Origin: Actinomycetota bacterium
Lineage (GTDB): Bacteria; Actinomycetota; Thermoleophilia; Gaiellales; Gaiellaceae
Assembly (NCBI GenBank): GCA_039648845.1
Contig: JBBWZE010000244.1
Coordinates: 1-42,873 of the forward strand
Direction of reading: 5' to 3'
DNA length: 42,873 nucleotides
Shown here: piece after piece, positions 1 to 7,868 of the stretch
Layout of the letters: every line of letters begins with the position of its first letter
Numbering within the stretch: position 1 is the stretch's first letter
Position numbers and translations under genes: made by a program
Notes under the pieces: generated by a model
The model's input: only the letters and a program-made list of their open reading frames with translations
Told to the model about the DNA's origin: nothing
The model's database searches: none

Positions 1-104
1 CCGACGCCCGCGGCGGCGAGGGCGACTTCGGCGGCGGGATGAGCTTCGGCGGCGGCGACTTCGGGGGCGGCGGAGGTGGCGGTGGAGGCGGAGGCGACTT
101 CTAA
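1..104 (+). CDS. 3' end of a CDS truncated by the window edge; glycine-rich C-terminal tail (...GGMSFGGGDFGGGGGGGGGGGDF*)
   Basis: Frame 3 is open from the window edge to TAA at 102-104 and contains a run of GGN glycine codons. It resembles the Gly-rich tails of TPM/YgcG-type proteins but is too short to assign. Confidence 0.4.
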   Translation, partial: DARGGEGDFGGGMSFGGGDFGGGGGGGGGGGDF

Positions 105-128
105 CCGGGCGTCGGCCAGACTGCGTCA

Positions 129-1079
129 GTGATCCACTCCGTCCTCCACGCGATCGGCGTCTTCTTCCACCATCTTGCTGCGGTTGAATGGAAGTGGCTC
201 GCGCTCGGGATCCTCTGCCACCTTTGCAAGCTCCTTGCGGTCTCGCGGGCTTGGCGGAACATCATCCAGGCGGCGTATCCCGATCGCCCCGTGCGCTGGC
301 GTCAGATGTTCGGCGCGTACGTCGCCGGGACTGGAGTGAACGCGCTCATTCCCGCTCGCGGGGGCGACGTCGTGCGCCTCTTCCTCGCGAAGCGGCGTAT
401 CGAGGGCTCGAACTACACGACGCTCGTCTCGACCTCGTTGCTGCAGACGCTTTTCGACCTGGTCGTAGCGAGCTGCTTCATCGCGTGGGCGGTCACGCAG
501 CACGTGCTGCCGGGCCTCGACGTGCTCCGTAGCCCGAGCCTCCCTGCACTCGACTACGGCTGGGCTTTCCGCCATCCGTTGGCCGGACTCATTTTGGTCG
601 GACTCCTACTTATCTTCGGAACGGCGCTCGTGGCCTGGATCGCCGAGCGCGTCGAGGAATTTCGGGCAAAAGTCGCACAGGGCTTCGCAGCATTTCGGGA
701 CCGCTCGTACTACCTGCGGCGCGTCGTCCTCTGGCAGCTCGTCGACTGGTCGCTCCGCCTTGCGACCGTCTTCTTCTTCTTACGAGCCTTCGGAATACCG
801 GCCACGCTCCGCAACGCGCTCTTGGTGCAGGTGAGCCAGAGCCTCGCCACGATCTTCCCGGTCAGTCCGGCCGGAATCGGCACGGAGCAGGCTCTGCTCG
901 TCTATATCTTTCGCAACGTCACGTCCAAGAGCTTGGCGCTCAGCTTCAGCGTCGGCATGCGCGTGACGCTCATCATCGTGAACGCGGTGGTCGGTTTCAC
1001 CGCGATCTTGCTCATGACCGGAACCTTGCGGATCCGTCGGCAGGCCGACGCCGATCGCGCCGGCGCGGAGCCGGCGTAA
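129..1079 (+). CDS. Multi-pass membrane protein, lysylphosphatidylglycerol-synthase TM-region / flippase-like (UPF0104) family
   Basis: 316-aa ORF with a GTG start. It has several hydrophobic helices and the family-typical segment 'FGAYVAGTGVNALIPARGGDVVRLFL'. A paralogue lies at 6825-7823. Confidence 0.7.
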   Translation: MIHSVLHAIGVFFHHLAAVEWKWLALGILCHLCKLLAVSRAWRNIIQAAYPDRPVRWRQMFGAYVAGTGVNALIPARGGDVVRLFLAKRRIEGSNYTTLVSTSLLQTLFDLVVASCFIAWAVTQHVLPGLDVLRSPSLPALDYGWAFRHPLAGLILVGLLLIFGTALVAWIAERVEEFRAKVAQGFAAFRDRSYYLRRVVLWQLVDWSLRLATVFFFLRAFGIPATLRNALLVQVSQSLATIFPVSPAGIGTEQALLVYIFRNVTSKSLALSFSVGMRVTLIIVNAVVGFTAILLMTGTLRIRRQADADRAGAEPA

Positions 1080-1089
1080 GCGAAGCGCT

Positions 1090-1119
1090 CAGACGGCCGC
1101 TACTGAAAGCGACCGTCTG
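1090..1119. terminator. GC-rich hairpin between convergent genes; likely bidirectional terminator
   Basis: CAGACGG...CCGTCTG outer stem plus inner CGCT/AGCG pairs give about 12 bp around a 6-nt loop. The TAG stop of the small peptide ORF (1100-1102) lies inside the hairpin. There is no clear U-tract. Confidence 0.5.
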
Positions 1120-1261
1120 AGAAACCGTCCGAGTTCCAGCCTCCGTTGCTGTTGCTCACAGCCGGCGAATGGGGATTCTTGGGCTGTGCCCACGCGTTGC
1201 CGACGCCGAACGTCACGGCGACCACGACAAGAGCTCCCAAGGAGAACATCTTCCGCAGCAT
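1100..1261 (-). CDS. Small secreted propeptide (53 aa): MLRKMFSLGALVVVAVTFGVGNAWA|QPKNPHSPAVSNSNGGWNSDGFSDGRFQ
   Basis: The ATG at 1259-1261 is preceded by a near-perfect SD (GAGGAGGTGATCAGG-ATG). The N-terminus has a classic n-h-c signal peptide with an AWA-Q signal peptidase I site. It starts 23 nt after the TAA stop of the HTH-TPR gene. The ORF track shows a 61-aa version from an upstream ATG that overlaps that stop (TAATG). Confidence 0.6.
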   Translation of the reverse strand: MLRKMFSLGALVVVAVTFGVGNAWAQPKNPHSPAVSNSNGGWNSDGFSDGRFQ

Positions 1262-1284
1262 CCTGATCACCTCCTCTCGTTGCA

Positions 1285-2619
1285 TTAGAACCGCACATCC
1301 TGCAAGGCTTCTGCCGCACGCCGGTAGAGCGCAGCAGCGGCACTGTCGTCGCCGCGCCGTGACGCAAGATCGCCCTGCGCAGTCCAGGCGACGGCACGAT
1401 GGCTGGCGGAGGAAAGCTGTGACAGGCTGAGCTCGGCCTCGGCGAAGGCCTGCTCGGCTTCATCGAGCCGCTGTTGTTCCAGGAGGGCACGACCGAGGAC
1501 GATCTGAGCGTTGCCGATCTCGTCCAGAAAGTCCGGGCGCCCCGCCAGCAGCTCGAGCGCATGTCGGGACTGCTCTTCGGCCAAGCTCCAATCGGCGGCG
1601 CCGAGGTGGACCTGCGCGAGCGAGGAGACCGCCTGGGCCGCGTCGGCATCGCTGCCGATTTCGAGCGCAACCGAGAAGGCACGCTTGAGATACGAGATTG
1701 CGTCGTCAGACTTGCCGAGGAGGTAGTTCAGGCCGCCGAGGTTGTTGAGCATGCGGCCGAGGTTCTGCCGGTCGCCGTGCTCCTCGTACAGCTCCTTTGC
1801 TCGCTCGGCGAGTGTCCGCGCACGAAGCCAGTGACCGTCGCGTTCGGCGACGAGTGACGCTTGGAACGTGATGTGCGCGACGGTGAGCGTGTCGTCGAGG
1901 CGCTCGGCGAGTTCGAGAGCGCGCTCGATGTCCTCCCGCGCCGCCTCGAAATCGCGCTGACGGCGTGAGCAACGGGAACGCCACTCGAGAATGTGAGAGC
2001 GCAGCCGGTCGCAGGGATCACCCGAGCGGTCGGCAAGCTCGAGCGCTTCGCTCAGCAGCGTCTGCGCGGTGTTGATCGACGTGAGCTTGTAGCGGCAGAC
2101 ACCCATCCGATACAGCACCTCGGCGCGCTCGACATCCGAGAAGCCCGCCTGCTCGGCCAGTTCACGCGCGCGGACAAGGAGCTCGAGGGCCGGGCGAAGC
2201 TCTGCGCCTGCCATTCGCGCCCAGGCTTCGGCGAGCAACGCGCGGAACTCGAGCTCACGAGCCTCCGGCGAGAACTCCAGGCCGGCCAGGGCTTCCAGCG
2301 CTTCGTCGTATTGCTGTCCCTCGACGGCAGCCTCGGCGCGCGTGATCGCGGCCTCGACCTCTGCGTATTCGTCCCAGGACTGACCGGTCTCCAGGTAGGA
2401 GACGTCGACTCCGAGCCGCTCGCCGATCCAGGAAAGTGTCTCTTTCGTCGGGCGCGTCTTGCCGCGCTCGATCTGGCTCATGTACTCCTTCGAGAAGCGC
2501 TCGCCCGCCAGCTCGGACTGCGTCAGCCCCGCGGCAACGCGAAGCTGGCGTAGGCGGGTGCCTAGGCCCGAAGTCGCGCGCTGCGGCGCGCGCTGGGGTG
2601 TGAGGATGCGGCCTTCCAT
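1285..2619 (-). CDS. XRE-family helix-turn-helix transcriptional regulator with a long C-terminal TPR-like helical-repeat domain (444 aa)
   Basis: Internal ATG at 2617-2619 (MEGRILTPQ...), with the upstream part of the 631-aa track ORF being Arg/Ser-rich run-through. The HTH motif is 'LGTRLRQLRVAAGLTQSELAGERFSKEYMSQIERGKTRPT'. It is followed by about 380 aa of Ala/Leu/Glu/Arg-rich repeats typical of TPR. Confidence 0.85.
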   Translation of the reverse strand: MEGRILTPQRAPQRATSGLGTRLRQLRVAAGLTQSELAGERFSKEYMSQIERGKTRPTKETLSWIGERLGVDVSYLETGQSWDEYAEVEAAITRAEAAVEGQQYDEALEALAGLEFSPEARELEFRALLAEAWARMAGAELRPALELLVRARELAEQAGFSDVERAEVLYRMGVCRYKLTSINTAQTLLSEALELADRSGDPCDRLRSHILEWRSRCSRRQRDFEAAREDIERALELAERLDDTLTVAHITFQASLVAERDGHWLRARTLAERAKELYEEHGDRQNLGRMLNNLGGLNYLLGKSDDAISYLKRAFSVALEIGSDADAAQAVSSLAQVHLGAADWSLAEEQSRHALELLAGRPDFLDEIGNAQIVLGRALLEQQRLDEAEQAFAEAELSLSQLSSASHRAVAWTAQGDLASRRGDDSAAAALYRRAAEALQDVRF

Positions 2620-2701
2620 GTTGCGGCCCTTCACGTATCGGCCGCCAGCTACTCCATGAGGATCACTTGCGCGAGTGCCCCCCATCGAGGGACTGGGGGA
2701 T

Positions 2702-4552
2702 TTACGCGCGGCCGGCTTTGTGCAGCTGGGCGTAGATCGAACGCGCCGTTTTCGCGGGCACGCCCGGGACGCCTTCGAGCTCCTCCTGGGACGCCGCGAG
2801 GAAGCGCTCGGCGGAGCCGAAGTGCTGGAGCAGTGCCCGCCTGCGCGCCGGGCCGACTCCTTCCAGCTCGTCGAAGATCGAGGCGAACGACCGGGAGTCC
2901 CGCCGCTGCCGGTGAAAGCCGACCGCGAAGCGGTGAGCCTCGTCGCGGATCCGCTGCAACAGCTGGAGCCCCGGGGAGTGCCCTGCGAGCACGATCGGAT
3001 CCGGACTGCCGGGAACGAAGACCTCCTCGACCCGCTTCGCCAGCGCGACGACCGCGACGCGTGGGAGATCGAACGCTTGCATCGCCGCCAGCGCGGCCGA
3101 GAGCTGCCCCTTCCCGCCGTCGATGACGACGAGATTCGGCGTGGCCGCGAAAGACTCGTCGTACTCCTCGGAGGTGACATCGGCGAGCCGCGAGAACCTC
3201 CTCGAAACGACCTCTGCGATCGCCGCGAAGTCGTCCATCCCGACCTGGCCCTTGATCCCGAACTTCCGGTAGTGCGCCTTCTTGGCCACCCCGTCCTGGA
3301 AGACGACCATCGAGCCGACGTTGTCCTGCCCCATCACGGTCGAGATGTCGAAGCATTCGATCCGGATCGGCAACGCCTCGAGGTTGAGGACCTCCCGCAG
3401 TTCCTCGAGCGCCTCCACCCGCCGCAGCCGCTTCAGCTCCGTCTGGTGAGCCTCCGACGCGAGCGCATGACGAGCGTTCTCGGTTGCGAGCTCCTGCAGG
3501 CGCCGCTTCTCGCCGCGTTCGGCTGCGCGGACCTCGACCCGAGCCCCACGTCGCTCGGAAAGGAACTCGGCGAGCGCCGCCGTGTCCCCGGATTCCCGCG
3601 GGACGACGATCTGCGGTGGGACGCTCGGCGCGGAGCCGTAGTACTCCAGGAAGAAGGACTCGAGCACGGTTCCGAGGTCCTGTCCTCCGACGTTCTCGAG
3701 GTGGAACGAGTAGCGGTCGATCAGCTTCCCGTCCCGCAGTGGGAAGACCTGGACCACGGCCCGGTCGGAATCCATCGCGAGGCCGATCACGTCGATCGTT
3801 CCGACGGAGCGGAGGTCGGCCGCCTGCCGCTCGGCGAGGTGCTGCACGCTCCGGAGACGGTTGCGGTAGCGCGCTGCTTCCTCGAAACGCTCGTGCGCGG
3901 CGGCATCCTGCATCTTCCCCTCCAGCACGCGCTGGATCGGCTCGGTCTCTCCCGACAGGAACTCGATCACCTGGTCGATGATCGCGCGGTAATCCTCCCT
4001 GGATACGTAGCCGACGCAGGGCGCCAAGCACCGGTCGATGTGGTAGTCGAGACAGGGAATGCCCGAGTGACGTCCCGGCTTCGGGCCCTCGCAGGGCCGG
4101 TACGGAAAGACGCGGTTCAGCACGTCCAGGGTCTCCCGGACCTTCTTCGCGTTCGCGTAGGGACCGAAATAGACGACGCCGCGCCGATGGCGCTCGCGCG
4201 TGAACATGACGCGTGGGTACTCGTCCGCGACAGTGACAGCGATGTAGGGGAACGACTTGTCGTCCCGGAGCCGAACGTTGAAGGGCGGCCGGTGCCGCTT
4301 GACGAGGTTCTGCTCGAGGTGCAGAGCCTCGACCTCGTTCTGCGTGACGATCACCTCGATGTCCTCGACGCGCTCGGGCAGCTGCTGGATCGCCGTGCGT
4401 GTGTCGTGGCTCTGCTGAAAGTAGGAGCGGACACGAGGCCGCAAGGACTTGGCCTTGCCCACATAGAGAACCTCGCCGCCCTTGTCCCGAAAGAGGTAGA
4501 CGCCCGGCTTCGCCGGAAGCCCCTTCAGCTGGTTTTCGAGCCGTGACGCCAC
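2702..4552 (-). CDS. uvrC: Excinuclease ABC subunit C
   Basis: GIY-YIG N-terminus 'PGVYLFRDKGGEVLYVGKAKSLRPRVRSYF', a central UvrC/RNase H-like region, and a C-terminal (HhH)2 'LEGVPGVPAKTARSIYAQL'. Start is set at GTG 4550-4552 (MASRLENQLKGLP...). The track ORF extends to 4726, and the start is uncertain by a few codons. Confidence 0.9.
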   Translation of the reverse strand: MASRLENQLKGLPAKPGVYLFRDKGGEVLYVGKAKSLRPRVRSYFQQSHDTRTAIQQLPERVEDIEVIVTQNEVEALHLEQNLVKRHRPPFNVRLRDDKSFPYIAVTVADEYPRVMFTRERHRRGVVYFGPYANAKKVRETLDVLNRVFPYRPCEGPKPGRHSGIPCLDYHIDRCLAPCVGYVSREDYRAIIDQVIEFLSGETEPIQRVLEGKMQDAAAHERFEEAARYRNRLRSVQHLAERQAADLRSVGTIDVIGLAMDSDRAVVQVFPLRDGKLIDRYSFHLENVGGQDLGTVLESFFLEYYGSAPSVPPQIVVPRESGDTAALAEFLSERRGARVEVRAAERGEKRRLQELATENARHALASEAHQTELKRLRRVEALEELREVLNLEALPIRIECFDISTVMGQDNVGSMVVFQDGVAKKAHYRKFGIKGQVGMDDFAAIAEVVSRRFSRLADVTSEEYDESFAATPNLVVIDGGKGQLSAALAAMQAFDLPRVAVVALAKRVEEVFVPGSPDPIVLAGHSPGLQLLQRIRDEAHRFAVGFHRQRRDSRSFASIFDELEGVGPARRRALLQHFGSAERFLAASQEELEGVPGVPAKTARSIYAQLHKAGRA

Positions 4553-4602
4553 GTCGTCCAGCCTAGCCCCGGCACAAATGGGCAAGCCGCGGCCGGACCG
4601 CC

Positions 4603-4637
4603 AATGAAAAGCGGCCCGGGTGGAGAGACCGGGCCGC
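4603..4637 (-). terminator. Intrinsic-terminator-like hairpin with U-tract on the minus strand, with no CDS upstream of it
   Basis: On the minus strand it reads GCGGCCCGG-TCTCTCCAC-CCGGGCCGC followed by TTTTCATT. That is a perfect 9-bp GC stem (4611-4619 / 4629-4637). It lies about 50 nt upstream of the uvrC start. Confidence 0.5.
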
Positions 4638-4792
4638 CTGAGAAAGGATTGGTGAAGGAAGGTGGCGAGCTTCCCGGAGGCCCCCTGCGGCGAGAGCCTT
4701 GGCAACACAATCCTGACTGTTGTCAATATCGGTCGGAGTCGCGATGTCCCCTCCCCCGGACGAGGGATCTTGAGCCCCGGAAACGGCCTGGG

Positions 4793-4821
4793 TTGACGCC
4801 TTCCGGCGCCGTTCCTACACT
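4793..4821 (+). promoter_or_regulatory. Sigma-70/HrdB-type promoter for the downstream secreted hydrolase gene
   Basis: TTGACG (4793-4798), a 17-nt spacer, then TACACT (4816-4821). It sits about 40 nt upstream of the TTG start at 4863. Confidence 0.45.
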
Positions 4822-4862
4822 GGCCGAACCCGGCGGCGTTTCACCGCAACCGGTTTTTTCCT

Positions 4863-6128
4863 TTGCCGAAGCCCCGATCCCTTATCGCACTCCTCTGCGC
4901 TTTCGCGGCCCTGGCCGCGCCGGCCCACGCTTTTGGCAGCGACCGGATGTACATGGGCGCGGCCGAAGACGAGGGCCGCAACGCCGATCCCGCGGTGGCG
5001 ATGGCGAAGATGCAGCTCGCCAAGGCGGCCGGTTTCGACACGATCAGGATCACGGCGATCTGGGAGCCCGGTCAGAGCGCGGTTCCCGCCACTCAGCTTC
5101 AGGCGCTCCAGTCGATCGCAGCCGCAGGCACCTTCCTGGGCATTCGCGTTGCCGCGACGGTCATGAATTTCGGGAGCCGGACGACGCCTCTGACCGCTGC
5201 CTCGCGCACCCAGTTCGCCCGTTTCGCGGCCGACATGGTCAGGCGCGTCCCGAGCATCCGCGAATATATCGTGGGGAACGAGCCGAACCTGAACCGCTAT
5301 TGGCTCCCCCAGTTCGGGCCGAACGGCGAGGATGCCGCCGCGACCGCTTACGTGCAGCTGCTCGCGCGCACCTACGACGCGATGAAGGCGGCGGACAAGG
5401 GTGTCTTCATCATCGGCGGCTCGGTCTCGCCACGCGGAATCGACCGGCCCGGCACCGGCCGCGACACACACTCGCCGACAACCTTCATCACGGACATGGG
5501 AACCGCGTATCGCGCGCTCAAGCGGACCCGGCCGATCATGGACGGCTTCTCGTTCCACCCGTACGGCGAGAACTCGAGCACGCCGCCGACCTTCGAGCAC
5601 ACGACCGGCACGTCACTCGGCCTGGGCGATTACGACAAGCTCGTCGGTCTGCTCGGGACCGCGTTCGACGGCACGGCGCAGATCGGCTCGAAGCTCCCGA
5701 TCGTCTACGACGAGTACGGCGTCGACTCCCAGATCCCGGACGGCAAGCGACGCTTCTACAGCGGGAAGGAGCCTGCCACGACAAAGCCGACGACCGAAGG
5801 CGTGCAGGCAGCCTATTACCGGGAGGCCCTCGCGATGGCCGCCTGCCAGCCGACGGTGCGCGGCTTCCTGATCTTCCACGTCACGGACGAGACCGACTAC
5901 AACCGCTGGCAGTCCGGCGTCTATTACGCCGACGGGACACCGAAGTCGTCGCGGGCGTTCGTGAAGCAGACGATGGCCGAGATCCGGTCGGGGGCTGTGG
6001 ATTGCGGCCAGCCGCCGCCTGCGGGCTCCAAGGCAGGCTGGGTCGTCGCCACGGCTGCCGAATTCGCGGCGGCGGAGAAGGGCTCCTCCCTCGTCGGCGG
6101 CTGGGTCCGCGCCGGCTCCTCGGGCTAA
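4863..6128 (+). CDS. Secreted TIM-barrel glycoside-hydrolase-like protein (clan GH-A features)
   Basis: TTG start and signal peptide MPKPRSLIALLCAFAALAAPAHA. 'IVGNEPN' is a candidate acid/base NEP motif and 'IVYDEYGV' a candidate nucleophile Glu. The specific family was not determined. Confidence 0.55.
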   Translation: MPKPRSLIALLCAFAALAAPAHAFGSDRMYMGAAEDEGRNADPAVAMAKMQLAKAAGFDTIRITAIWEPGQSAVPATQLQALQSIAAAGTFLGIRVAATVMNFGSRTTPLTAASRTQFARFAADMVRRVPSIREYIVGNEPNLNRYWLPQFGPNGEDAAATAYVQLLARTYDAMKAADKGVFIIGGSVSPRGIDRPGTGRDTHSPTTFITDMGTAYRALKRTRPIMDGFSFHPYGENSSTPPTFEHTTGTSLGLGDYDKLVGLLGTAFDGTAQIGSKLPIVYDEYGVDSQIPDGKRRFYSGKEPATTKPTTEGVQAAYYREALAMAACQPTVRGFLIFHVTDETDYNRWQSGVYYADGTPKSSRAFVKQTMAEIRSGAVDCGQPPPAGSKAGWVVATAAEFAAAEKGSSLVGGWVRAGSSG

Positions 6129-6138
6129 CATTTCTTCC

Positions 6139-6828
6139 GTGGAGGGGCAGTACGTCGCCTACAGCTTCTTCCGGATCGATCCGGCCTGGCGGCGTCTGCC
6201 GATCGAGGAACGCGCCGCGGGAAAGGATGCCTTCGCGGAGGTCGTGGAGGACTGGGCCGGACGGATGGACTCGCTGCGCACCTATACGCTCACCGGGGTC
6301 AGGCCCGACTCCGATTTCTTCCTCTGGAAGATCACGCAACGTTACGAGGATCTGGGAGAGCTCGGCGCTGCACTGAATGGCACGCCGCTCACTGCCTGGC
6401 TCGAGACGCCCTACTCCTATCTCGCGACCACCAAGGCATCCGAGTACACCAAGGCAAGGCGCGCGCGAAAGGTCGTTCCCAAAGGCTCGCCCTATCTCGT
6501 CGTGTACCCATTTGTGAAGGTGCGGCCGTGGTACGCGCTGTCGCTCGAGGAGCGCCAGGCTGCGATGGAGGAGCACATGCGTATCGGCGCCGAGTTCGAG
6601 ACGATCCACAACCACACCACGTACTCGTTCGGGATCGACGATCAGGAGTTCATGACGGCGTTCGAATGCGACGAGCCGTCTGACTTCATGCACCTCATGC
6701 TCACGCTGCGCGAGAGCGAAGCGTCGCGTTACACCGAGCGTGACACGCCGATCTTCGTCGGCCAGCACGTCGACATTCGCACTGCGCTCGACGCGCTCGA
6801 CGGAAAGGCTGCGCGCGTTCGGGCTTAG
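6139..6828 (+). CDS. hemQ: Coproheme decarboxylase / chlorite-dismutase-family protein (HemQ/ChdC)
   Basis: 229 aa with a GTG start. It shows the actinobacterial HemQ pattern '...YLVVYPFVKVRPWYALSLEERQAAMEEHMRIG...' and a family-typical length. Confidence 0.8.
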   Translation: MEGQYVAYSFFRIDPAWRRLPIEERAAGKDAFAEVVEDWAGRMDSLRTYTLTGVRPDSDFFLWKITQRYEDLGELGAALNGTPLTAWLETPYSYLATTKASEYTKARRARKVVPKGSPYLVVYPFVKVRPWYALSLEERQAAMEEHMRIGAEFETIHNHTTYSFGIDDQEFMTAFECDEPSDFMHLMLTLRESEASRYTERDTPIFVGQHVDIRTALDALDGKAARVRA

Positions 6829-7823
6829 CGGGCCTCGGCGAGGTCGCGCCAGCGCTTCAGATGCCGGAGGCCGACCGCAGCCGGCAACAGCGGCAACCAG
6901 AGGTTGAAGATCCTGTAGGCAAAGACCGCGAGGATAGCCTTGGCGAGCGGAATGCCCGCCCACGCCAGCGCGAACGACACGAGCGCCTCCACCGAGCCGG
7001 CGCCGGCGAGTGGCAGGGTACGCCGGGAAAGGGCGTAGCCCGTGGCGTAGCCGATCACGAGCGCCGCAAGATCCGGCGAGTCGTGGAACGCGCGCAGGCA
7101 CGCCCACAAGCAGCCGACATCGCCGACCCAGTAGAGCGTCGTGCCGAAGAAGGCGCCGCCGTACTCCGCTCCCTGGACAGCGAGGCTCTTGAGCATCTGG
7201 ACCGCGTCCAACGCGTGCCGCAGCACGGAGCGCCACCGACCCTTCTCTCCGACCTGGTGACGACGCGCCAGGGCCGCGAAGGCGGCGGCGAACCCGAGCG
7301 GCACGGCGATGACCCACGGAAGCGTGAACCCGAGGCTCGGGTGGGTCGACCCACGCGCGAGCAGAATGACCGCGGCCAAAGCTGCAGCCGGCGCCAGAAC
7401 CGCGTACTCCAGCGCTCCGAGCCCGAGGACGCGAGCCCGCGCCTCGCGCGGATTCATACCGGCTGCCTCGAGCGCCTGCCTGTCGACGACGAAACCACCG
7501 CGAATCACGAACACGCCGAACCCGGCGGCGACGATCGCCCCAGCGCGTCCGAGCCCGAGGCGGGGACCGCCCTCCACGCGCACGACTTCGCGGTAGGCGA
7601 CGACGTAGCCGAGGTAAGCGGCTAGCTCCATCCCGAACGCGACCGGCAGCCAGAGCGGGTCGATATGGCGGAGCTCGCGCAGGACGCTCTCGAATCCGGC
7701 GGCCCAGGAGATGCCGACGGCGGCGCCAAGCGCAAGCACGGCGCCGATCCCAACGAGCAGAGCATGCTGGGCCGGGTGCCGATCCAGATGAGGCAGTGGC
7801 CGAAGGAGGCGCCTGAGGGTCAC
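6825..7823 (-). CDS. Multi-pass membrane protein, lysylphosphatidylglycerol-synthase TM-region / flippase-like (UPF0104) family
   Basis: 332 aa with 6-8 predicted TM helices and a C-terminal 'AILAVFAYRIFNLWLPLLPA' typical of the family. Its TAA stop (6825-6827) overlaps the hemQ TAG stop (6826-6828) on the opposite strand. Confidence 0.65.
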   Translation of the reverse strand: MTLRRLLRPLPHLDRHPAQHALLVGIGAVLALGAAVGISWAAGFESVLRELRHIDPLWLPVAFGMELAAYLGYVVAYREVVRVEGGPRLGLGRAGAIVAAGFGVFVIRGGFVVDRQALEAAGMNPREARARVLGLGALEYAVLAPAAALAAVILLARGSTHPSLGFTLPWVIAVPLGFAAAFAALARRHQVGEKGRWRSVLRHALDAVQMLKSLAVQGAEYGGAFFGTTLYWVGDVGCLWACLRAFHDSPDLAALVIGYATGYALSRRTLPLAGAGSVEALVSFALAWAGIPLAKAILAVFAYRIFNLWLPLLPAAVGLRHLKRWRDLAEAR

Positions 7824-7868
7824 CGGACTCGAATCGGTCGGGCGAGCGGTCCTCTCAAGCGTTCCGCA

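Noticed and set aside
1100-1285. The 61-aa version of the small peptide ORF, starting at the ATG that overlaps the regulator's TAA (TAATG).
   Set aside because: The extra 8 codons (MQREEVIR) are themselves the Shine-Dalgarno sequence GAGGAGGTGA for the next ATG (1261), so the 53-aa form is more likely. Coupled initiation at 1285 cannot be excluded.
1285-3180. N-terminal extensions of track ORFs: 1285-3180, 9130-10467, 10278-10946, 11253-12389, 15831-17342, 18647-20134, 20469-22088, 21950-24601, 25382-26620, 36122-37702 and 39840-40190.
   Set aside because: The extensions run through upstream genes or intergenic DNA and translate to Arg/Ser/Pro-rich junk. Internal starts with SD sequences, signal peptides or NTGA coupling give family-typical lengths.
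2649-4546. Long ORFs overlapping uvrC on the opposite strand or in other frames (2675-4546 +, 623 aa; 2649-4031 -, 460 aa; 3484-3981 +).
   Set aside because: Their composition is Arg/Pro/Gly/Ala-rich with no motifs, as expected for stop-codon-poor alternative frames in a high-GC genome. The uvrC frame carries unmistakable GIY-YIG and HhH motifs.
4553-4700. A LexA SOS box (TCGAAC-N4-GTTCGA type) or a RecA-independent (PafBC) promoter motif upstream of uvrC.
   Set aside because: No match was seen on either strand. The TTGTCA at ~4719-4724 is on the wrong strand for uvrC and lacks the downstream TANNNT.
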